Assembly: GCA_040954595.2 (NCBI GenBank)
Contig: CM082593.2
Coordinates: forward strand, 9,743,200-9,807,199
Length of the DNA stretch: 64,000 nt
Source: Balanoglossus misakiensis
Taxonomy: Eukaryota; Animalia; Hemichordata
Direction of reading: 5' to 3'
The translations under genes were made by a program, and so were the position numbers. Shown here piece by piece: positions 53,482 to 64,000 of this stretch (the first letter of the stretch is position 1; each line of letters starts with the position of its first letter). The notes beneath the pieces are model-generated. The model was not told where the DNA came from. It saw only the letters and a list, made by a program, of their open reading frames with translations, and did not search any database.

Positions 53482-54371
53482 TATTGGGATATATCTTCAT
53501 TTTGGCAATTTGTACGATGGGTAAACACTATTTGACGGGCGGAGAAGGCCTGCTTATTGATATGTATTCTATTGCAACCAATCAGTACACATAGTTAGAG
53601 ACTGCTCAGCACTCCAGATCTTATATCGAGAGCGGCCACTGTTTCGCGAGTATAAATTTTCGCGTTCTCTTATTTCATTCACTGCATCGTTATCTTCAAA
53701 AAAAATTACGTGACACTTTATTTTTACACTATTTTGGCACTTGCGTATTTGGCGAAAATGTATTGCTCGCGAAAAATTAAAGCCGCTTGCACACGTGCCA
53801 TTGTTAGGGCGCCCTTTTTGGGATTATAAAATTTGGTAAACATTTCTTATCAGTGACTCAAATACTTTTGCATGCACACGTGTATAAAAGGGACAGGGTC
53901 ATCGCCCTCTACGCGCGTCCACAGCAGCGTGACTAAAGGTCACAATGTTCACACGTGATTTGAGTCGCTGTTTAGTGCAGCGCCCCGACCCAGGTCCCAC
54001 CCCTCAACACCGTCCCCAAAAAAGCCGCTCTCACCTTTTCACACGTGGCACTTACAAATTAACGCCGCCCTAGGGCCGCTGCTGGGGCGGCGTTGATGGC
54101 ACGTGTGAAAGGCACTAAAGTGTTTTACAGTATGTACTTTTTAATCCCTTCAAATATTTGAATATGATTAATTCCATGATAAGTGGGACAAGAAACCACA
54201 GTTGATACCCCAAAAAAATATTGAGAAAATAACCCGAAGTTGGAGTTACTGAGCTTTAAATTGATTTCAATAATCTCCCAAGTGAAAATTGGCTGAAGCT
54301 CCTGTAGTCAGTTACCTGTTGGTAGATTGACACATGACAATGATTGACTGTTTACACTTTTGATCTTTTAG

Positions 54372-54590
54372 AGGAATATTCAAGCACTGCAGGAGAATCT
54401 AGAGATGGCACAGAAAATAAGAACTTGAATTGAAGAATCAGCAAGATCAACATGCACGACAAAATCAACTCATAACACAAAGACAACAACAAAAGCAATT
54501 ACAAAGATAGCCCAACAACAACAACAAGCAGTGCAAGCACAGCCATCCAATATACAATAAACAAATCAACAACTAAGACACCACTTTCAA
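54372..54590 (+). pseudogene. Mucin-like exon E, unit 3
   Basis: Copy with the same lesions. Confidence 0.68.
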
Positions 54591-55738
54591 GTAAGTTGTC
54601 ACAATAATGTGAACAGTGAATATTTTGAAAACCAAGACTGATACCCGTGTCACTCCTGGGAATTGTTATGTGGGGAAAAATAAAATCATTTTTCTCAAAA
54701 AAGGAGCTTTCTTGATGTTACAAATAACATGTTCTGTGCCATTCCCGAAATTATCTTAATGTATTTGGGACCTGACAGTCACACAGAATAAATTCAAAGC
54801 ACTATTTGCCCAAAGCAGACCTAAATTACAGACAGAGGAATACAACAAATCTTGTCTCATTCTTATTTTCAATTCTTCTAGTTTTTCCATGGTATCAGTG
54901 TGGAAGCACTGATGATAACCTCCGTCAGACAGTTTTAAATGCAGACAATCGTCTTACTCTTATGCACATATGTGTAATTTTGTGTGTACAAAATAAGATC
55001 AAATCCAAATATCTGCAAATTTTATGTGCATGCATTCAAATAGTGGACTGCCTTCACTTCCTTTCATATTTCTTGCCCACCATATATATATATATATATA
55101 AAGAAGACTTTCATTTTGTCTCTTCTTTTCACTCAATTTGCTGTTTTTTTTTCCTAATTTACGACACAGAGTATGGTTGCCGCCATCTTGTCTGTTGTAT
55201 AGACAGAATTGTGTCATTGATAAAGTTTTTGTAACCAGAATCTCTGCTTTGGCACATGCGCATTAGACGATCATAACCCTTTAACAAAAGTCTGCTTAGA
55301 ATTTAAATCACATTGTTTTCAAAATGTCTGCATCTGATTACATGGTGAATTAAAGCTGAAAGCAGTGTTCACTGGGCCCAAGCGATTCCCAGGGTTTCTA
55401 CAGAATGCCAAGGATTATCTGCTGTGGATACCAGAAATTTTGTCAAAAAGTTTTGATCCTAAACTGATTTATGTCCTACAAAATCCAAACTTCTAGATCT
55501 ATTGGTTAGCCTAGAATTAGGCGTGTACATAATTAATTAGGTCAATGGGGGTCCTGAAATTAACCATCAAATAGTAGACACGACACGACTATACCCGAAA
55601 TTACAGTTACTTTATGCCTCCCTAAATTTCAGTCTGATTGACAAATGTGAAGAACGTTAAAGAGAGCTGTCTCCTGATACATTGCCGCTTTCTGTGAAGT
55701 GACTTTAAAAAGAAAACCATTTTGTTTGCATTCAACAG

Positions 55739-55974
55739 CAACAACAAAAACAACAAGCTAGCGGTACACAACCAACCATTCCACCACCACCACCACAACA
55801 ACAACAACCAGCAGCAACACAACAAACATGGCAACAACAACAGCAGTTCTTACAACAACAGCAATCACAACAACAACAACAGCTGTTACTAGGACAATAG
55901 CCACGGCCGCGACCACAGGTACCTCAGATGGGCTTGGCACCCAGCATGCAACAAACACAGCAACAATCAAGTAG
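55739..55974 (+). pseudogene. Thr-rich mucin-like exon F (TTTKTTS*RYTTNHSTTTTTTTTTSSNTTNMATTTAVLTTTAITTTTTAVTRTIATAATTG...)
   Basis: ttcaacag acceptor, ACN-codon run in phase 1, TAG at 55759-55761. Ends either at a weak donor (55918) or at stop 55972-55974 with AATAAA at ~56019. Confidence 0.6.
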
Positions 55975-56311
55975 TAGTCTGCTGGCTGATGACATGAGTC
56001 TTTTTGATATTCTGAATCAATAAATTCATACAGGAAACTGACTATAATGAACACGAGACTGTAGACTTTAATTAAACAGATCAAATAACACAGAATGGTT
56101 ATTCCAGTGTAGTAACAGAATAGACTTGTTCTGTACTAATTCTTGCATTAGCTTTACTTTGTTTCCATCGTAATACCTTATTTCAATATGACCATATTTG
56201 TATGCGAGACAGATGTAACTGGTTGTCAGTGTCTATCGTAATACAAAGTCTGCCATACACAAAGCAACTATGCATTGTCTTCTGGTGTGAAAAAAAGATA
56301 CTTAGGATGTA

Positions 56312-56519
56312 CTGTAAAACAGGAAATTTTCACGAGCGATAAATTTGCATGAATCATGCAAGAGCCAAAATAACCTGAAAACTAAAAAGTCGCAAAAAAA
56401 ATGTTTTTCTGAAATAATGATGAATTGAAATTCGAGAATGCGAAAATTAATCATTACATAACAGTCGCCACTTTTGATATTGCGAAAATTTCCTGTTGGG
56501 AAAATTTCATGTTTTACAG
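56312..56519. mobile_element. TA-flanked MITE (Tc1/mariner-type)
   Basis: TA|CTGTAAAACAGGAAATTTTC ... GAAAATTTCATGTTTTACAG|TA. Confidence 0.8.
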
Positions 56520-56815
56520 TATAACAGTATAGAAAACATTTTCCAATTTCCGAAAAGTAGCCGTTTTTTAAACTTTTTTCAAGGAAATTAGTGTTTTGTT
56601 CACAGTACAATATATTTCGATATTTTTCTATGATTATTTTCAAGATGTTTGCGAGTGTGCAGAAAGAAAAGAATAAACTGTGAAATTTCCATAGAAATAA
56701 TAAAGGAGCCATCTTTGGGTTGTATGGATTTGAATATTTCATTGAAAAAAACTAATAATTAAATTATGAATTCAATTAATAGTACAATTTGCAAAAATTG
56801 CTAGTCACTCCAGAA

Positions 56816-57210
56816 GGGTCAGTGTCTGGAAATTTCCGACCTCTGACCCTTGTCAGTGGTCGGAAATTTCCAGACACTCAGGGAATGTGAGAGCCTGGAA
56901 ATTTCCAAGCACTGACAAGGGTCAGTGGTCGGAAATTTCCAGACACTCAGGGAATGTGAGAGCCTGGAAATTTCCAAGCACTGACAAGGGTCAGTGGTCG
57001 GAAATTTCCAGACACTCAGGGAATGTGAGAGCTTAGAAATTTCCAAGCACTGACAAGGGTCAGTGGTCGGAAATTTCCAGACACTCAGGGAATGTGAGAG
57101 CCTAGAAATTTCCAAGCACTGACAGGGTTAGTGGCCGGAAATATCCAGACACTCAGGGAATGTGAGAGCCTGGAAATTTCCAAGCATTGACAGGGTCAGT
57201 GCTTGGAAAT
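56816..57210 (+). repeat. Minisatellite array, 69-bp unit, ~5.5 copies
   Basis: Unit AAGGGTCAGTGGTCGGAAATTTCCAGACACTCAGGGAATGTGAGAGCCTGGAAATTTCCAAGCACTGAC. GGGAATGTG recurs at 56881, 56950, 57019 and 57088. Confidence 0.95.
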
Positions 57211-57664
57211 CTTGAGTTTCTCTGTCATGTTTCAAATTATGGCCTTTAGGAAAGCTATCTGTTGAGGAACTGCGCCTGTGTTTATATCTTCAACCCTACG
57301 GATGAGATTGGTCATTTGACTGCGGTGGCCTCTTCTGCTGTTCTTCTCTCTCTCTCCATGCCCGACATCCTGGTCTCGGCACCAACAAATGTACCGCGTA
57401 CACTTGGGAATAGGTTCGGAATGAAGAGAGAGGGGCGGGATGGCCAATACTTGTTTATAAACAGTGGTTTGAACTGTGACATTTGGTAACACTGCATAAT
57501 TCAAGAACAATAGCATTTGGTAGTTGTGAAGTTGTGACTTTGTATACAGAGTAGAAAGAACAATTATGTCAGATAAACAATACCAATTCCCAATAAACAA
57601 CTAGTGTATGGGCTAACTCAGAGGAGTTGGTAGGCGAAGCCTGTCATGAACATTGTGACGCTAA

Positions 57665-58054
57665 GGCTCCTTAGACAAACCTGTTGCGTCTGCGGTCCAG
57701 ATCCGTACCAGAGCTTTTCGTCGAAATTCGATTTTATCGGGAGAATATCCTTTCCCTGTCTACTAACCGGTTATAACCGACTCCACGATTGACTTCTTCT
57801 AACATCCGAACCGCTCGCTTTCTGAAACTTTTGTGTTTACCCATTGAGATAACCTCACTGTATTCAATATGGCGATCTCAACAGGTAAACACAAGAGAAA
57901 ATCAGAAAGCGAGCGGCTCGGAAGTTAATTACATCATATTTGGAGTCATTTGTGGGTAGACGGGGGAAAGATTCCCCCCGATAAAATCGAATCTCGGCCG
58001 AAAAGCTGCTGTCCGGATCCGGATCTCAGACGAATCAGTTTTGTCCATGGAGCC
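57665..58054. mobile_element. Foldback MITE (~390 bp imperfect palindrome, GG...CC termini, PIF/Harbinger-like)
   Basis: GGCTCCTTAGACAAA / TTTGTCCATGGAGCC, TTCGATTTTATCGGG / CCCGATAAAATCGAA, CCGCTCGCTTTCTGA / TCAGAAAGCGAGCGG. TSD not clean. Confidence 0.65.
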
Positions 58055-58123
58055 TTGCAGAGATGTGGTGGAAGCCATGTATTAAACGCCGGGAGAACGC
58101 ATACCTGTACGGGGGACTACCAT

Positions 58124-58515
58124 GACCCTGTCAGTGCTTGCAAATTTCAAGGCTCTCACATTCCCTGAGTGTCTGGAAATTTCCGACCACTGACCCTTGT
58201 CAGTGCTTGGAAATTTCAAGGCTCTCACATTACCTGAGTGTCCGGAAATTTCCGACCACTGACCCTTGTCAGTGCTTGGAAATTTCTAAGCTCTCACATT
58301 CCCTGAGTGTCTGGAAATTTCCGACCACTAACCCTTGTCAGTGCTTGGAAATTTCCAGGCTCTCACATTCCCTGAGTGTCTGGAAATTTCCGACCACTGA
58401 CCCTTGTCAGTGCTTGGAAATTTCCAGGCTCTCACATTCCCTGAGTGTCTGGAAATTTCCGACCACTGACCCTTGTCAGTGCTTGGAAATTTCCAAGCTC
58501 TCACATGCCACTGAC
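58124..58515 (-). repeat. Same 69-bp minisatellite in inverted orientation, ~5.5 copies
   Basis: Reverse complement of 56816-57210. The same 23-aa repeat appears in ORFs on opposite strands. Confidence 0.95.
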
Positions 58516-59043
58516 TCTTTTCCAAGTATTTCAGCTGCAAAATATGGATTTGTCAATGAGCAGTGCTTATTTCCTGAAATTCATACGAAATCCAACGGAT
58601 TTGTGTGATACGGATATTAATCTAACAATTCTTGTAATAAATATTGGGTTTCAGATTTACTTTTTGATGCTATTGTTTTTTTCTGGCGAAATTTTACAAA
58701 CAATTCACACACTTGCAAATTTTCAATAGAAATATTACTCATGATAAACATGGAGACAAAGTTTCATTAGAAAAAAATCAAAAGGACTGTCATGTACGTG
58801 GCTTTGATGGAGACTCAGTTTTTTCACAGATAAATTTTAATTTGAGTTTAAAGCCAAAATATGACAAAATGCATTTTTCCTGCTGTACAGCTGCAGGAAA
58901 GAGACTAAGAATACCTTTATGTAATTTTTTCATTAGAAATTGGCAAAGAATAAGGAATATTTTCATAAATTTCTAACTTTTTCAGCAGTAATTATGTAAA
59001 AAAGAGGTTTTTCGGAAATTGGAAAATGTTTTCTATACTGTTA

Positions 59044-59415
59044 GTATATACCCATTTTTTCTGCTTCCAAAACGAACATTTAGAGTCATGCATGCCACTG
59101 GCCCAATAAAACCTGATAGCCCTTGCTGGGAACTGTGATGTAACTAGCATCCCCCTCGAAGTCACACACATAAACTGATCAATGGTGATTGTGTGTAAAG
59201 ATACAGTGAAGGCAAGGCTAATCTAAAGTCAAAATGGTACTCATCCTTAACAACACATGTATCCTTTGACCAATCAATGGAAAAAAAAGTCTGTGATTGA
59301 CTTCAAAGTGATATTAATTACATCACAATTCCCAGCAAGGGGTATCGTGCTTTATTGGGGCAGTGGCATGCATAGTTTTTGGAAGCAAAGCTGACAAAAT
59401 ACAGCTATATACTAG
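59044..59415. mobile_element. MITE with long imperfect inverted arms
   Basis: ATGCATGCCACTGGCCCAATAAAA...CCCTTGCTGGGAACTGTGATGTAA (59088-59143) is inverted at ~59318-59373. Outer TGCTTCCAAAA / TTTTGGAAGCA and GTATATA / TATATAC. Confidence 0.7.
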
Positions 59416-60702
59416 ACTAATATTTCATTAAAGCCTGATCATTAAACTGAAGAACGTATCTCTAAAATTGCTCTCTATTTCTCCCTCAGGGAAAAGAGCA
59501 ATAGACAAAACTTTGAGTGACAGATCTTCCAGTTGTGTACTTATCATTTGTATTACCCAATCACAGACTTTGTGTTATTGGTCATTTATCTGTCCAATTT
59601 TAATACTCTTGTGTTCAGTGGAGCATTACACCAAAGAAGTCACACTATGACAGTGACAATAAAACACTTGCAAAAACATGGATTGCTCAGGTCAGCCTAT
59701 CTGGTTACAGATTACCTGTGAACCAACTAATCCAGCTATAATGAATGTGTTTCATTATATACAGAGAATTGTAGGTTGTTTGAGACGTGTTAATATCACA
59801 CTCTAGCATGGGGCAATGTTCACACGTTTATATTTATCATGTGAAAGCCACAAAGTCACCAGCTCTTGATGTTCATTTTTTTTGGAATAATTTGTTATGA
59901 TCTGATTGCTGAAAATTGAATTGAAGCTGAACCTACAGCATATGTGTGGACATAACATGTTTATACTTCCATGTAGTAATTTGTGTTACAGCCAAACAAT
60001 TAAATAACACCATTATAACAAAATTAACGAAACTCACCCCAGGGCTATCACTAATTTGAAGGGATGCTGATCCAGAGTTAATGGTTCATTGGGGAGTCTA
60101 ACAGTGTTTTGAAATGTCACATTGTAATTTGAAAGTTAGGCTTGGGTAGTGACAATGTTATTACATTGTTGTGTACAAAATTTGAATGGAGCTCTATGAA
60201 AAGAGAAAAGTGGTGTGTGGAAAAAATCAGTCTCTGTGCTAATATCCAGTGCCTTCATTCGACTCTCAAGGAAAGTTTGGTAAAACAATGAACTTTTTGT
60301 GTGTCAGCATTATTGGGAAAGATTAAGCCCACACATGTATTCAATTTAGATAAAAATGGAAAATTACCATCAGCCTTTTTTCTTAGCACTCTCACCTTTC
60401 ACCCAATTCCCTGTGTAGACATCCAACTTTCCAGCAGGAAACAATGGATTTGGACCAAACCATTCGTTCACTTGAATATATATGTAATATCTGTATGTAT
60501 GTAACACCTGTATTCTTTGCAGTCATCATTTAATCATTTATGCATGAGAACACCTTTCTAGTAATGATAGAACTTACAGTCTATTTGATGATCTCAATTA
60601 TATGCAAACCACCAGGATGTTTCATTTGACTAATGAACTCAAGGTAATGCGCCACCATAGTGTAGATTGCTGATATAAAAGGACACCATGCATATACTTA
60701 GT

Positions 60703-61023
60703 CAGTTCACCTCTGTATCCAGACCGGCCACATGTATGAACTGAAGATGTCTATGTTCAATTTCAGGTTAGTTTTCCTTGTACTTTACCTGTAGCTTGAA
60801 GCATTTTTATATAGGTGCATTCTACTGGCTCATTTTAGCACAAGTAATTGGTGTCTGAACTTGCGTCAAGTCTTCAATTGTACTTCTGTATTTTTCACTT
60901 GCATGAATTTTTGTGTATTCTGCTGTAGGTGAACTCCCATACATGTGCGTAATTTAGCAGTTCACCTGTGTAGCCAGACCGGCCACACATATGAACTGAT
61001 GATGTCCCTGTTCAATTTCAGTT
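60703..61023 (+). repeat. Diverged ~65-bp direct repeat (60703-60766 and 60958-61021)
   Basis: CAGTTCACCT.TGTA.CCAGACCGGCCACA..TATGAACTGA.GATGTC..TGTTCAATTTCAG occurs twice, 255 bp apart. Confidence 0.75.
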
Positions 61024-62129
61024 AAGAAATGTTATAGGCCTATGTCTTGTGAAACCTTTAAACCATGTTGGTGTGTTTTGTGGTGAACGGCGACACCCGT
61101 GACAAGTATGTTAGAATCAAACTATTAGATGCATGTGAAGAAATATAGTCTGTTATAAGGAAGTGACTGGAGTGAAGGAGACCTCGTACGACGAAAAGTA
61201 CTTTAATAGACTCGAAATGCAATCAAATTACAATCGAGATATAATGCATTTATATATGCTTAAAAAGGTAAATTAATGAATGGTGTCAACAAAATAAACG
61301 TTCATGATACATTTAGATCATTTTCTCGTCAAGCTAGGGGGTTCAACGTCAAAAGGAAAGTTCACTATTCAAATGCAAATAAAGTCATTAAAGAGTCCTA
61401 ATCTCTTCTATCCAGTGACCATAGTAGCCAAACAATTAAAATCACATGTTTTTAATATCAATATTCACATACATTGCTTTTTACTTTTCTTGAATTTCCT
61501 AACATTTTTTTATTTTAACAAAAACAAGAGCCTTTCATGACCACTTATTGACTTTCGAAAATATTTCATGTAATCAGCCATTCATTTCATGTGTGTGTGA
61601 AGAATGACACTCTCAGGCTGTTGAATCATGTATAGTGCTGAAGGGGAGGGGGGGACACCATTCCTCAATTTTGTTGATTTTGCATAAGATGCTAAGTTGG
61701 TATTTTCCACACATTGCTTTTTGTACTGAGAATTACTCAGTTCTTAAGAAGAGCTTTTGACTAACATTTCATTGTATTTACAAGACTGCCAGAGTATGTA
61801 AATAGTATATGCAGCATTAGGAAGGAATATCTTTGATATTTTTATTCCAACAATTTTCCTATCATGATAAATAAGTAGACAGATATATCATGTTAGGATT
61901 TTTGCATACTTAAAATAAATATTCTGATAAAATGAGTGCTTTTGTCTGTCTCTTTGATTTCAGGTGAGGATCAGTATTTGTTGTTGCTTTTCCTGCACAG
62001 ATTCCAATCAGAAGGCAATTGTGATTACCAGTATGTTCTGTCTGATTGAAGTTTGAGTTTTCTTAGGACCTGAATATCGCTCTAACAAATGGTTTGCTTT
62101 CAGATGTGGAGTTAAGCGCTGGTGATAGT

Positions 62130-62780
62130 TTTGGCTATTCTGTTCTCTCACTTTGGCTGTTCTGTTCTCTGTTTTTGTCTGATCTCGGACACATTAGCTG
62201 AAAACTACTGGTCAGATTTCTTTGAAAATTGGTATGCATATATCTTCTGCCAACATCACAGAGCTCTATAAGTTTTGACCTTATATCGTGAATTTTCTAC
62301 TTTTTATGACTTTTGTCATTTTTTCCACATCTTCTATGAAAGTGATTGGTCGATTTCTCTAAAAAAAATTCAGTATAATTATAAAGCTTCCTATAGGTGA
62401 TCTTTGTTTTTTTTTCAAATTGTTGCTAAGTTTGCGTATTTGTAATTATGGGCCAAATTTTGCAATTTTTGGTCAAAATTCGTTTTCTCGGAAATCGCTT
62501 GTCAGATTGCTTTGAAAATTGGTAGGCATGTTTTCAGGGTTAAGCAATTGTGAGTTGTGTTAAATTTTTGCTGAAATGTGCATATTTATGTTCTTGAGGT
62601 AGGGCCTAACTGTTGCAATTTTTCGTCAGAAGTTTTTGTCCTTGAAACCACTTGTTAGATTGCTTTGAACTTCGGTAAGCATGTTCCTTATACTGATTGA
62701 TGTAAGATATTGTACAATTATGGTGATGTTTGAATATTTGAGTTTGGCAGTTTTGGGACAGTTTTTTGAAATTAGGTCAT
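62130..62780 (+). repeat. Decayed ~150-bp tandem repeats of Helentron/HINE type (~4 units)
   Basis: GAAA.C.CT.GT.AGATT.CTTTGAAA.TTGGTA.GCAT motif at 62200, 62338, 62491 and 62644, preceded by a CTGTT-rich microsatellite-like tract. This layout is known from mollusc HINE elements. Confidence 0.6.
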
Positions 62781-64000
62781 ATCAGCTCGTGTGGTATTAG
62801 GTCAATAACAACAAATTAAGTCCAAACGTTGGCCACGCTTCCTACTTTAATATAGCACAAGTATGAAAAAACGACCTGCTTTCATTGAGAGCAGCGCCCG
62901 CAAGTGAGTTTTTTAGAAAATTTGATCAAATTCATGATGAATCGAATTGAATCGATGTTTATTCCAGCTGGGAGCACTTTATAGACTACAAAGTTGTTTT
63001 GTTAGATGGGTAAAATTTAAGACCACTCGACCAATGCAGAGGGAAGTTGTCAAAATCGACGAAACAAAGCGAGAAAATGGCAATTTGCGCTGTCGACATA
63101 TTTCTTCTCCTGCCTCGAATTATCAATCCCATGGAACCCCCCCCCCCCCCGGCGCGCCCGAAAAAAATATATATCAATCAGGGATCATCATAAAACTCGA
63201 CTATGAATCGGACATGAAATCAAACTCGACGATGGAAAAGCAGCCGATTCCGAGATAAACGCATCCCGATAGGATGAGAACTCCGCCATGTGACTTCATC
63301 TAATTTCTCTGCAAACATGGAGGGGTTGTACGTTGGTAATGTGTTTACAAAGCAAAGTTAAGACATAAGTCCGAACATGACCGTGGTCCGAAGCTTGGAC
63401 ACTCTTATCAAACAGAGCAGTACAGTGTGTGGAGACATCGCCCGTAAGACACACCACCGGCCCTGCCACACTGAGCTGCAATATGCTCTTGGCTCGTAGC
63501 CGTCCCAGTCGGTAACAAGTCGTTACGGCACTTATTCTTATCGGTTCGGCCTTTAATGTACGCGACCCCGGCCGTTTCGTCCTAGCTGCAAACCGATTCT
63601 TCAATTTGCAGTTCAGTAAAGTTGGCGAACGGGATAGTCTGTTAACGGAAAACGCAGGCCTATACACAGTGCTGGCGAACGGGACAAAAGGCCACAATAA
63701 AAGCGAGCGTGTTGTCAGATCAGTGGGACTATCATAACACGAATACATAACATGTGGAAGGGCTAGGCCTAATTTTCTCCTGAGAAAGTTCAATTCGTGT
63801 TCTGTCGATGTGAAATTGTGTTTATTTAATGCTTTTTGTAATAACATTTATGACTTTCATTTATGGTGCGATTATAATATCCGGAATATCATCGTATGTC
63901 ACAACAATGCACTTCGAAGACTTCTTGGTCACCCGGACACGAAAGTGCCTCTAAAATATTTGTTCTAAACGCCGTAAACTGCTTCTCCGTCATGAGAAGA

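Larger units (their letters stand above)
38733..54697 (+). repeat. Large tandem repeat unit 3 (~15,963 bp)
   Basis: Near-identical. Has a private 32 bp (51175-51206). Identity ends after ...TTTTTCTCA at 54697. Confidence 0.98.
56522..59043. mobile_element. 2.5 kb non-autonomous TIR element with inverted internal 69-bp arrays (superfamily unassigned)
   Basis: 35-bp perfect TIR TAACAGTATAGAAAACATTTTCCAATTTCCGAAAA and its reverse complement ending 59043. Candidate 3-bp TSD GTA (56519-56521, 59044-59046). Confidence 0.85.

Noticed and set aside
55622-56084. Val/Leu/Trp-rich minus-strand ORFs resembling membrane proteins
   Set aside because: They are antisense readings of the ACA/ACC-rich Thr exon on the + strand.
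56816-58515. 69-bp arrays as a CRISPR array
   Set aside because: Units are contiguous with no unique spacers, there are no cas genes, and the context is eukaryotic.
58138-58608. 156-aa ORF of 23-aa repeats (EISRLSHSLSVWKFPTTDPCQCL) and its mirror at 56819-57115
   Set aside because: Open only because the unit length is a multiple of 3. Non-ATG starts, lies within a TIR element, no domain resemblance.
60735-61060. CTGAAGA / CTGATGA motifs as hammerhead ribozyme cores
   Set aside because: No stem II followed by GAAA and no closing stems could be formed by eye.
63296-63847. 183-aa minus-strand ORF
   Set aside because: No recognisable motif in any frame inspected. The HIAAQCG string in another frame lacks the rest of an ankyrin repeat. 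Possibly TE-derived CpG-rich DNA; left uncalled.

Overview
AT-rich, intron- and repeat-rich eukaryotic (metazoan) genomic DNA. The transposon mix (DIRS1, Kolobok-like, Academ-like, Tx1, RTE-X, HINE-type repeats) suggests a marine invertebrate, probably a lophotrochozoan (inference). Layout: (1) 1-2343 is the 3' part of a DIRS1-type tyrosine-recombinase retrotransposon. An internal deletion fuses RT-RNaseH in frame to the recombinase C-terminus, while the ICR and right terminal repeat remain. (2) A + strand host gene of symmetric phase-1 calcium-binding EGF exons followed by Thr-rich mucin-like exons, several carrying stops. It has been expanded by a ~1.29 kb tandem duplication (3650-6189) and an exact head-to-tail triplication of a ~15.7-16.0 kb unit (7078-54697) that fills about three quarters of the window. 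(3) Each unit holds a 6.5 kb nest of TTAA-flanked and Academ-like non-autonomous DNA transposons, Tx1 and RTE-X LINE fragments, and MITEs. (4) 56522-59043 is a 2.5 kb non-coding TIR element with two mirror-image arrays of a 69-bp unit, each unit carrying two GGAAATTTCC palindromes. Nearly all short ORFs in the track are spurious. I cannot support a wholly new biological system. The best leads are the palindrome-array element, the DIRS RT-YR fusion and the EGF exon amplification. All alignments were done by eye.
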